Under the pieces are notes generated by a model that was given only the letters and a program-made list of their open reading frames with translations, did not search any database and had not been told where the DNA came from. A DNA stretch of 64,000 bases from Lingula anatina. Taxonomy: Eukaryota > Animalia > Brachiopoda. How positions within the stretch are numbered: the first letter of the stretch is position 1; every line of letters begins with the position of its first letter. The stretch covers positions 4,836,001 through 4,900,000 of the forward strand of contig CM120645.1 in assembly GCA_051362555.1 (NCBI GenBank), given 5' to 3'. Below, in pieces: positions 41,901 to 54,000 of this stretch. A program made the translations under genes and the position numbers.

Positions 41901-44900
41901 AACCACTGTTCTATCTGCATGTGCCAATCATATGAAGCAAGACCACCGTTGCCTTGTTTGTCTCTCTTTCCTTCCTTACTTTCTCTTTTCATCTTTCTTC
42001 AATGTTGCCTGTAGTTCATTTTTGGTGTCGGAGCCTTACAACTGCACCCTGTTGATCAAGGGAAAACTCATGCAGACCAGATACTGCCAAAAATTCAAGC
42101 TATTTTTTTCTCTGCTGTAAATTTTCATCCACTCTGAAAATAATTCTAGAAACTCCTCATGGGATTTTGTTTTTCATTATTCATCATTGCCACATCTTGG
42201 ATCTGTATCAAATTGTATCTTAAAAAAGCTTTTCGCACCTCTTGGTGATGGGGTAGATCAGCTGAAACTTATCTTTATCTTCAGGGCGCTAGCATTGGTT
42301 GAAAACCCATTTTACGGGAGTTTTGTATCAACAGAGTCAAATAGACAGTTGCATACACTGGACCAATGTTGGAGCTTACTACTGTTGGGGCAAAGGCACT
42401 CTGCTGCTGCTATTGTTGTTGATGTTTTTGTTGTTGCTGCTGCTTCTGTTATTGCTGTTGTCATTGTTTTAGATACTTACGTTGTTGTTGTTGTCATTGT
42501 TGAAAACAGCATGTCCAGTCCATTTTTCATTGCTGTTGTCCAGAATGGCTAAATTATCTGCCCTCCCCCTCCAATCTCCCCATCCCCCCTCCCATTCCTT
42601 CCTCATTTTCTGTTCCAAAGACTCCCACACAGTAAAGGCAATGTGCATATCAGAAGTGGGCTAATATCCGGGTTTATGTTGAGAAAGAAGTTCAACTAAT
42701 TGGTGATATTTGTGACTTGTTTACATTTCTTGCTGTGCTAGCTTGAATAACTGAAGTGCTTGGGTTACGTCTTGGGACTAGCTAACATTTGTCATCTGTA
42801 CTTTATAAGAAATACTAAAAATAGGATGAAAATAAGCTTTGAAAAGATAACTCTTCCTAAGATAATACATAACTAAGTCATTTTTATTCCATTTAAAGCT
42901 ACACTTCCTTATTTATTGAAGAAAGGGGGTGCTAAATGACCAAACTGCTTAAGCTTAATAACTAACAACTAACCATTTGATTTTTGTTTTACCCTCCTTT
43001 AAAAAAAAAAACTTAAAAGGTTGTTATTTAACCAGGATTATTCATGTCATATTTAATTCATTAATGTTCTAAAACTAATTCTATGAGCATGAATAAGTAA
43101 TGTTTACTATAGATTTTAATGAAAATAACTCAGATTTGTTCTTTAGGTTTCTTTATAACGTAGAAAAAAGGAAAGATGGAGGGAAGAAGTCATGTGACAA
43201 TACAAGTCATGTGACAGTCACATGATTGGATATTCTTCCCAGGATGAAACTTATCCCCATGTCTCGCATTTACACACAGGGCGACCCCTGTAATGTTAAG
43301 TTCTTTATTTGTATGTGTCATGTGACAGTCATGTGGTCTACCCAGCTGCTGAGCGTCGTGTGATTATCACTTCGTACCTCTGGTCGATCTACTCTGAAAT
43401 GTCCACTGACTTCCCTTCTCCATTCTTCTCTCATTCTGCATTGTACTCTTCACATTCCAAAAATAGGCACATTTTGTTGTAGTCCACTGGACGTTATTGG
43501 TCTCCGTCTAATTGGTCATCCAACGAGTTGGACAGTGAGTGAGAGGCACCTCTGACTTCTGAAAGCTATAAAATTATCAGTGAAATACAAGATTGCTCGC
43601 GCTGTCATTTTGCATATCCATTTTTTCCATTTCGTCAGGCTAATTTATCGAGCACTAGAATTTGAGTTCAAATTTATACAGTGCTTGGATGTGCAACCTG
43701 ACAGAGCTAGTGATGTAGGCATTGTATCGCTTGTATTCTTTAAACAAAGTGAAGTGTTTCTCCCTCTGCTTATCTTATCTGAATGTGTATCACTTCTAGT
43801 AATTTGTATCATCTGGTGTTATTATCTAATTTTCATACTGAGAGGAAACACGACGTTTTGGATGATTTTGTTGTTTAAAGATTTTTCATTTCAGTACCCA
43901 GAAAGTATAATAATTGCTACTATTTCAGTCTTCATTTTATCCAAGATTACACTGTTTAATAGGGCCGAAGATATCAAACAATCTCTACCCCCTCTTAACT
44001 TGACAACCAGTGCAGTTCATATTTATCGTAGGATATGATTTTTCCTAGAACTGTTGGGTCACTAAAGAGTTCTACAGACAGAGACTTAAACCCAACCAGG
44101 TTCAGATTTAGATGACATCACCAGATATTTACGTCACAGCTTATTGGTAGCTTTTTCATAGGAAAATGTTGGTTGGACTATTGCTTGTGCTGAGACTAAA
44201 CTTAGAAAATTTGATTGTCGGGTGGTGTCATCTGAATCCTAGCCAGGAATGGTTTAAGTTTGTGTTTGAATAAACCTGAACATTCGGGTCTGAAATAAGC
44301 ATATGAACAATATTCATTGACAAAATTAAAAAGCTACACATTGTCTTTTTACTGCAGACAAAGAGAGTAAGTAAGAGTGTCATGAGTGTCTCTTTGTTCT
44401 GAGCAGAACTCTCACTTAATATTTATCGTTTCACTGAAATTTTTCATCATATTACATAATATAGAGGTAATTTCCTTTTTATTAATTCATTTTTCATTTA
44501 TGGTCTGAGATTTTTCATTCTGTACTTTCTTCTCACCTATTTTAAATAAGTAAATAAATTTATTTTAAAAAAAAGCATTCATAGTGCCTTAAAATGTATC
44601 TTTGAATATGGTAACTCATCTCCTTCAGTGATATTTCTCATGAAAAACATCTTTTTTTTTATTCCCTGAAAAGAAATTTTCATTTTATTAGAGGTATGTG
44701 CATTGCCTATAAGTTTACCTGTTCAGTTTCCCTCTGCTCTCCCTAAAAAGCTATTCACAGAACTTCAGGACTAAAGAACAGATTTTAGAAGTGTACACAT
44801 TCAGAGATCTAGAGCCAAGCAAGGGATAATATAATGAGACCGGCAAGCTGTGCCTATTTTTGTCATTGTGTTGTGTTTTTCGGTGCAGAATCATACATAC

Positions 44901-45089
44901 GCTCAGCAGTTTCAACTTGTACGAAGACGCCATCCAGGAACCAGTCGACCAGTTTGACGAGCTCTCGGACGCCATATCTGATCCGACAACACAGTAAGTG
45001 AAACGTGAAGTGGACTGGGTTGACCATTGGCTGTCACTGTTTTGTTTTATCAGGATATTAAGTTTTTGTATTGGTGTGTTTTTAATGTG

Positions 45090-45158
<69 letters not shown>

Positions 45159-47189
45159 GATTCATCTCATACATTGACTCTATGATAATTCCAATATTCT
45201 AAACATAATTGCCCTTAAATTCAAGTGTGCACATATCAGCAGTCCAGGCACACACACAAACACATACACACCTGATATAAACCTCAAAACCTGAGTGGGG
45301 AGGCCTATTAGATTTGCCTTTCTAAACAAGTTACTCATTCATCATTTGGCAAGGAATTAAAGTAAATGTCAGAGCCAGAATAAGCGAGATTTGTAAACTT
45401 TACTTTTCATCCAAAGAGCTCGTTTACAGATTAAATTGGCCAAAGTCTCCATCAGAAGTACCCTCCTCAGTTAATAATTTTCCAGAAGTAGGGCTAAGTT
45501 GGTTTTTTTATTGAGCCCATAAGATGAATGACTAAATTCTGCCCAATTTATATTTTTAAAATGCCATGCTATACTGAAGGGGTGTAAATTAACTGAAGGA
45601 CTTACTGCTACATAATATTTTTTTTATTTATTTAATAAATATAAGATTGTAGCAAGGCAAAAGGTATTAAAAATGTGAAGAAGCTCATTTACTGTGTTTA
45701 ATAGCAGATAGTTTTGTTAAAGGCTTTGGCCTTTTAACCCTGATGTAATAGACTCAAGTTTTGTGCAGATCGTCCAGACATCATTCAGCAGCCCAATCTA
45801 CATGGATTTATATTTTCCCTACAGTTTTATTGTGCAGGGTCTCATGGCAGTTGTTTAAATATTGTACACTTGTACTGAGTTCACAGCATGTGGTGATGAA
45901 ATCAACTTTTGGCCATTTGAATTGGGTTTTGTAACCTCTGTTTAATTCATTGGGTGCCATATGCCATGGTATGTTGGTACCAGAGCCAGCCTGATGTTTG
46001 TGTGAAGTATCTTGCTCTGAAACGAACTGTGTGAACAGAATTGCAATATATCCAAGCCAGTAATCAAAGCTCTCAAAATAATGGATTACATTTCTTTATT
46101 AACCGACCTGACTTCTGGAAAAGGGCAAGAGTAACAACATCTTCTCAGTAATTTTCAAGATAAAATGGTCTCAAAGAAGAAATTAGATTTGAAAAAATAA
46201 CAGATACAGTGCGGTATTTGAAATCTTGGGCTCTCTTTTGGCTCTGGTTATTATTGGTTTCTGGATGGAAAGATAAGCAAAAAAGGAACTTTTTTTATGG
46301 GTGGAGTTGCATCTGACATTACTCTCCTTAATCTCATGTTTTAGGCACCAATTATGCTGAAGTTGTATGAGAATCCAGCCCAAATTGACCGAATTGTAGC
46401 ACTGACATTTGCAGAGGTCTTATCTTGTTATTCCATTAATAATGATGTTGAAAAGTGAAAATAGGGTTATATGTCTCTCTTGGACCTTACAACTTTCATG
46501 AGCAATTTTGTTCAGAGATGATAGCGCTCACTTTTGTTATTTAAGAGAAATATTATTTAAGGAAGTAATATTATGAGAAAGAGAAAAACAGCGAGCAAGA
46601 ATTCTCAGAATCAGTCCCTGTTTTATCAGATGTATATCACAGTTTATGGCAAAAGAATTCTCTTCTAAATAGCATCTGAGAAAATGGCACAAGTTCTGAC
46701 AGAGTACCCAAACTTATTAACATTAACACGAAATACTACTTTTCTCTCCTTAAAAATGAGATCAAATTAACCAGTGTTTTAGCTTTGCGTTGTATTGCTT
46801 TCTCATTCAGGGAGCCTGCTGAGATTCGAACTCCCTCTTTTAGTGCAGATTTCAAATTACATTTTTTTTTTTTTTTGTCTGCCACACACATGCAGTTTAA
46901 GTATAATTCCTGGAAAATGTTCTGTTTTAAATGTGTACTTGGTTAGTATTGATGTCTCATGACGAATCCTATGAAACCAGAACTTGGCAGTTCTACTGTA
47001 CAGTTTAAAAAGGATTAAGCTTTTTCTCCCCATTCAAAGCTAGCAAGAGCATATACATTTTATCTCTATTCAATATATTTTATTATATTGGCATGATTTT
47101 GTGCCACCATTCTCCTCCCATCAGCTAGATAGCAGTTATCAGGAGTCTTCCTAGTTCCAAGTGCTGGCAGTTACTTGATAGTAAATGTA

Positions 47190-47229
<40 letters not shown>

Positions 47230-48020
47230 AGGCCTCAGTGTAGGCTCGTTCAGACCAAGAATACGTCAGATTTTAGGTTCCTTTAGACCAGGACTAATTA
47301 AGATTTAGGTTTATTCAGAGCAGGACCCTGTAACTCGAAAGCATCGCGTATTGCGAATAGCGATATCACATAGAGGCTACAATGTATTATATGGGGTGAG
47401 TACGGGTGAGATATGGAACCAAGACACTTGTGCTCGGTTGCAATGCGCGATGCTTTTGAGTTATTGGGCCCAGGACTAATTTAGATTGATAAAATGAACC
47501 ACAGAAACTGTTGTTCCCATTTGTTAATATTGATTGATTTTGTCACCATTCATAATTAAAGTGGACAGAATAGCTCTGGGATTCAAGGTTTTTAATACAA
47601 GTCAGATAAGCCTGCCTTAAACAACCTTTATCTGATTCTTTCAGAGTGTCAGTGAGTCGTCGCACATTTGGCCCTGGTAACGTGAATGTGTACGCCTGGT
47701 TTGCTGCCAGTGCGCTATTAACCAAGACAATATGGTCCATGGCGGTGTGCCAGCATCAGTTTTACTTAGATAGAAAAAGTAGTAAGGTGAGTTTCCTAAA
47801 GAACATAAAATGATGAAAATTAGAAAGATATATGAACACGGGCAACGGTGCACGTGGCCTTGCTTGCTAAAGGAAAGAGGAACGTTTGTTCTCATCTGCA
47901 GTGAAGTAACTTTATGTCGTATGACATAAACTTTTGTGATTTTATATTTCACTTTTAAAAGCTTTGACAATAACCAATTTCTGTTGTATATTTTTCACAT
48001 ATGTCAAGCGAATAGATTCT

Positions 48021-48075
<55 letters not shown>

Positions 48076-51000
48076 TTATTTCAGGCTCACCTTCCATTTG
48101 TCCGTAGTATGACAGAGCTGGCGGCAGAGATCTCTCAGAGCACGTCCTCTCTCCCGGGGTCGGACGGCTCTTCCTTGGGGATACGGACCAGTAACAGCTG
48201 CCACAGTCTGTCCAAGATCTCTAATTCGTCCAAATCAGATCGTAAGTAGTTTGATTGGTGGATGTCTGTGCTGGAGAACAAGCTTTTTTTTTTATTTATT
48301 AAGTTTTAGTAGTATTACTATTTTATTTTACCACCAGTGTGAGAAATGGAGGCACACATGGCTTTACCTGAAAATGTTTATAATTATGTTTGTTTTGAAA
48401 TCGCTCTCAGATTTATGGTGTTTTTTTCATGCCTGTGTGTGTTTAACAGTAATCCGCTTGCTGGTCTTATTAGATGCTCTCAGTTTACTGGTATTGATAT
48501 GCTAGAATTTCCTTTAACCATGGTTTAGAGTAGTTCTGAAGTTATCTGAGGATAGTTGTTCGTTATGATGCAGGTTACCAACTCATGAAGTCATTAAGGT
48601 GTGCCTCTCTCTACTGCATGTGGTGATTTTAAAAGACTTACCTAAAACTGATTTTTGTCTGTATAAGTAAATAAATAGTTAGTTTTATGCCTAAGTAATG
48701 TACCAAGTCTTGCTAAACAGTATTAAAACCTATTGGATAGGCATTTCCAGAGGCCGTTTCTGCCTGCTTCCTATTTTTCTTGCAAGAATTACCCCCCCCC
48801 CCCCAAAAAAAAAAAAAAAAAAAAGTTAGCGCAAAGATAAGAGAGGGAAGCACACTGCACTAATCAACTCTTTCAATCTTTCAATCGTGGTCAGACTAAT
48901 AAAAATGACTGATCACAAGATGTCCACTCATGTCTGAAAAATTATCAGCAATATTTACTGATACTATGGTTCTAGTATTGCTGTTTTTATCTCTGGTATA
49001 TTGGAGACCAGTAGAGAGAGAGATCCAACTGTTCCATCAGTCCCTAGTTATCAAAACAGATAATTTTTTTTTTTTTTTTTTTTAGCACATTGAGTTAGGA
49101 TATCCTTTGGAAACATTATAAAAAATCTTCATTTTTTCTTTGTAGTTAGTTGAAATATTGTGCATTTGAGTTTATGTATCTGTTGTTGCCATTTTTTAAA
49201 TGAAATGTAAAATGAAGGCATACTGTGCACTGTTTGTGTTGATGAAAAATTAAGATTTTATCATTTTTATTTGCCACATATCTAATTATTGATTTACGGA
49301 AAAGTTAACACAATTTCTAGAGATGTACTATGAAAAAATATTTGTAAGTTCAAAAATAGTATATTTACATATCGCCACTTGTGGGTATAAATATCTGTAT
49401 TTTCATTGTAAAAAAATTCTTGTTATCAACATGACATTTTGTTATCAACAACAAACCCTGTATCCTGTTGTGCATTTCTCAAGTAAGGTTTGTTTTTTTC
49501 TTATCCATGGACTTGGCATTAGTAAATAGTTATGGTACCCAGTCATGGATATTACAAATAGGGAATTTGAAATACTGTCACAGGGCCCAAAAATTATTGA
49601 TATTCAAGCCCAGAAATGTTGATTCTCTGAGATGTAATATAGAAGTGGCTAAAAAGGAGATCATGATTAGCTTGAATCAACAGATGAAGTTATGAAATAT
49701 TAAAAACTCCACTGGAATAGCCTGTCTTGTTTAGTCAAGCTTTCAGAGGCAGAAGAGTTTCAGGAACACGCTGCTCTCTGCTGCATTCCCTGGATAAATT
49801 GGATTTTACTGAGCTTCAGCCACTAAATGGATCCTTTGAGTAAATTGGTTGTGTTTACAGTAAGGAGGTTTTTCTTCACATGAATTGGATTAACTTTGGA
49901 GTAGCTTCCACAAGGTTCCTTTCACAGAAGATGGTTAATTCTGCATGGAGATATGAAGACATGAATCACAGGCTGTGCAGAAGATGATAACACGCTGACG
50001 TTGATTTGAAAAGAATTGGAAGAATCCTTTCCTACCGAAATCATATTATTTGAATACCATTATCTGGGATACAATTTATTATATTTCTTATTCTACAAAC
50101 AGAAATAAGCTTTAGTGGAAGTTTCCATTACTTGGGTTAATAACATTGTCGCTATAATGCAGCACAGTGCCATGGAGAACCTGAACAACAGCCAATGAAA
50201 GAATGAACTGTTCTGTTAAAAACATACCTAATAGAGCGTTTATATAATACACTGATACCCTTTTGTCAAGATGGAATGATGAATAAGGGAATCCAGTTCA
50301 AAGTAATCATAATATTATGATGGATAGTGTGCACAGTTCATAGGTTGAATGTGTGATACAGATATGATGCGCATGATTTGTGTTTGTAAACTTCTTACAG
50401 GGATTGGAATTCATCGGTTTTAACTAGGCTTTGGCTGTCAGTGATTAACATATATTCATATGCCTCTTTTACCCATTTATATGAATTTTTCTTGATCAAT
50501 TTGAAAAAAAAAAAAGACTTCGTGATTTCCGTGTAACTGTAAGACAAGTTCCATATTTTTATTTACTGTGATGATGTAATTCAGCGACATTTTTATTGCA
50601 TGGCATTTCATATTAATGGTTTTTCAAAAGTATTATCCTTTCCTGCTCTTTCAGTGACCACTGAGCAACTAGAGATTGCACGTGCAGCACAACGTGATAT
50701 GTATGCCGCGCTGAAGGCAAGAAAAGAAGCCTTAGAAGAGGCGCTAAAAAAGAAGACTGCAGAATTGAAGCTACTATGCATAAGAGAAGGGGTAAGTAGC
50801 CTAATATCTGGTTGTATACTCTTGACTATTATATGAGGTTGACCACAATGTGATATGATAGAAACTGAGTTTACACCTAGCAAGTTTGTTTGTAATTGTT
50901 TTGGCACCTAAAGGTACTATATGGTCTTTCTCTCACATTTTGTACTGGTACACAATAACAGTCAATTAAATCTGAAATCTGCATATACTTAGTACTGTAG

Positions 51001-54000
51001 AAGCTAAATGTTAAAAGTATAGTCGGACTCCTATGAATGTAAATATACAATCATAATTTTACCACCAGCACAAATATTAATACATGGGTACCTAGAAATG
51101 ATGAAACTATTGCACGTGTGCAGCCTGTGCACATGGTGTATCAGGAAAACTGCATAATATTTGACATACCCAATACTGTATTAAAAATATATATCTGTAC
51201 TCAGAAATTATAGAACAATGCTGTGTTTTCAGGACCTCACTGGGGAACTGCCCCCAGAGACCCCTCTCATTCCTGGGGAAATGGTCCCCGTTGTCAGGAA
51301 AAGAATGGGAACAGAATTCTCTTTGTCCTCAAGAATTATTAATACTGACAGGGATGAGGTAAGGGCTTGTAAAAAAACACCTTTCTGATTGGCTTATATT
51401 CAACGAATTGGACATGGAATATTACAAACGTCAGAAGCAGATGTGGCTGTTCCAGGAAAAAAGTTACTTTTTAAAAAGTTTGAGTTTTATAACATCTTTG
51501 GTATTTTTAGGCTAGAAATGTGGTGTGAAAGTAATGTTTGAGGTGAAGCTTTTTCGTAGATATATTTAGATCAAGTAGTGGCTGGAATTTTTACATTTAT
51601 CTTATTACAAATGATTCCAAGATTGTTTTATGTCTGTGTTCTGTGAAGTACATATTTAATCACAAAAAAAAAAAAATGTTGAGAAATCAACTGGTTTGAC
51701 CCTAAACTTTAAATTATGCATCATGCTGCACACTTCACTTTTATCACCCAAATTGTAATACTGAATTTTTCACAGCAGATGTGCATGTACACTTTGAATC
51801 TTTCTGAGGAAGAAACTTGTAAAATGCACCACTAGGACAGGGTTGCCAACATGTTATGTTTCTCAAAATTAAACCTTTACTTTAAAAGGATCAACAAAAG
51901 AGAACCTGAGCACTGATGTCATTGTTAGTCAAATTATTTTCAGGATATATTGAAAAAAAATTGCATAGAGTTGGCAAGCCTTCCTCTTCAGTGCTGGAAA
52001 AACACTTTATTCCACCCTGTCAAAAATTGTGTATATTTACTTCCATTTTCTATTCACCAACATACTTTCATAAAGTTAGATATGATATAGATACTGAGGA
52101 ATAGTAATGACAGTGTTTTGATATTCAGATGTTTTTACATAAGTATACTTTTCAGGTAACACATTTACAAATTAACATACGATGAAAGGGGAAGGTTGAT
52201 TTATTAGTTTTTACATTCCTTAAGTATTTTAACTTTTTGATTACATATGATATATGGAAAATAGAAGGGCCTGGCATAGTTTTGTATATAATATGTACTG
52301 CGTCCGGTGTTATAGTGTGTTTGTGTGTATTTACTATAACAGTGACTAACTGTATGACACATGCTATTACTGGGACAATGGGGTTGAGTATCGGGTAATA
52401 TTAGCACTTATATTCATAAAAGGACTTAATGTTGGGATTAACCCCAGGGACACCAACTTTGTAGTAGAAATATTGCATAGTTGCAACCACTAATGAGTTT
52501 GTAAATGTTTTACAGGCATAATTTACACAAAAAGGCTGATCATTTAGGCTTTCGTGATAGTAAGAATTCATATATAACCTATGCTAGAAATTTATGTCTT
52601 GGACAGGTCATATTAGAACAGAATTGTGCTGAAATGCCTGACAAGCAAACCATAACATTGCCTGATAGAACTGATCTGCAAAGGAAAAGAGGACAAAGTT
52701 TCTGGACATTTCTTTTTGTTTGGAAGATTATAACATGAGCTACATGTGTTGCCATTTTTTTCTTCTGCAATTTCTAGGAAGAGGATGAAGAACTAGCAAA
52801 ACTAGAATTAGAATTCGAGCTCCAGAACCAGATTACAAATGCAGCACTTAAATTGGCCAAAGACACTTCTGCTGCTAAAAGTGTTCGAAAGAGCCGGAGA
52901 CAGACATATCAGAAATCTCGAGAAAAGGTTATGGGCCTTCCATTTATGATTTTATCTTGCTCTAGTTTCTTCTCCTGAAGACACAGACAACTGGAATTCT
53001 TCTGCATTCTCTTTGTTCCATTCTGGTTTGAAATTACCATAGAGGAGGAGTACTTGACTTTGGGTCAAACTCTTAATTTGAATCAAGATTTGGCGTTACA
53101 GTCAATTTCTGCCAATGACATTGTATTTGTCATCATGGAAATACTTTCATTGTGGAAAAAAAGATTTAATGTGGCAGTCTAATCCAAAATGAGTACAGGA
53201 TAAGATTTCCAGTGAAGAATTAAATACAAATATTCACTTCTTTATGTAACAGATGGGACACAGAGAGTGCAGATAATGAACCAGTGGAACAAAAAAGTTT
53301 CAAAATTGTTGTTTAAAAAGTCAGTCTAATGGTGCTGTCAGAAAAGTTAGTGAACAAGTGATGATGTGGTAAATGAGGAGAAGAAGGAAAGTCACAAGGC
53401 AAAGATATAATAGAACCTATATGCATGTCTCCCCATGCTACTAATTGTCACTATCATACTAGAGAATGCTGCATGCATATTCCCTGCTAGTTCGTGCGAT
53501 TCAGCCAGATGATTAAAAGTATTTGGCATGGGAATTAATTAAACAAATATCCGTATCTACCACTGTGTATCTAAGCATGGGTAAATAGTAAAAAATTTGT
53601 GTTTTTGTTAATTTTTTTGTGAACCATTTTTCATTCAGGGGGAAGATTTTGTTTCATATTTCCTTTTTTAATGTTTCAGCTCCAGGATATTGAAAAAAGG
53701 CTTAACGAGATGAAGTACAAGAAAGGCCAGGCCCTAGTCAAGCATCATCAGCCGTCCTTAGATGGTATGCGCATATTTCAGCTTTCAACCAGAAGTAGTA
53801 GTATGAAAACTCCTGCTCACAATTTAAAAAATTGTCAAGGTTTTTATAGTTTATTGTTATAATTATTTTATCTTTCTTTCATTATTTATAGGCTTGATCA
53901 CTCTGATATGTGATTTTAATGACAATTTTATTATAGCAGTGGTATTGTGGAATTGTGATCAGTTGCAATGAACATTATATTTTCACTTTATTTTTAGATG

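Noticed and set aside
43580-44038. 152-aa hydrophobic ORF; similar ORFs at 17052-17504, 25092-25478 and 42187-42552
   Set aside because: Composition is what T-rich or GTT-repeat intron gives by chance; no recognisable domain and non-ATG starts.
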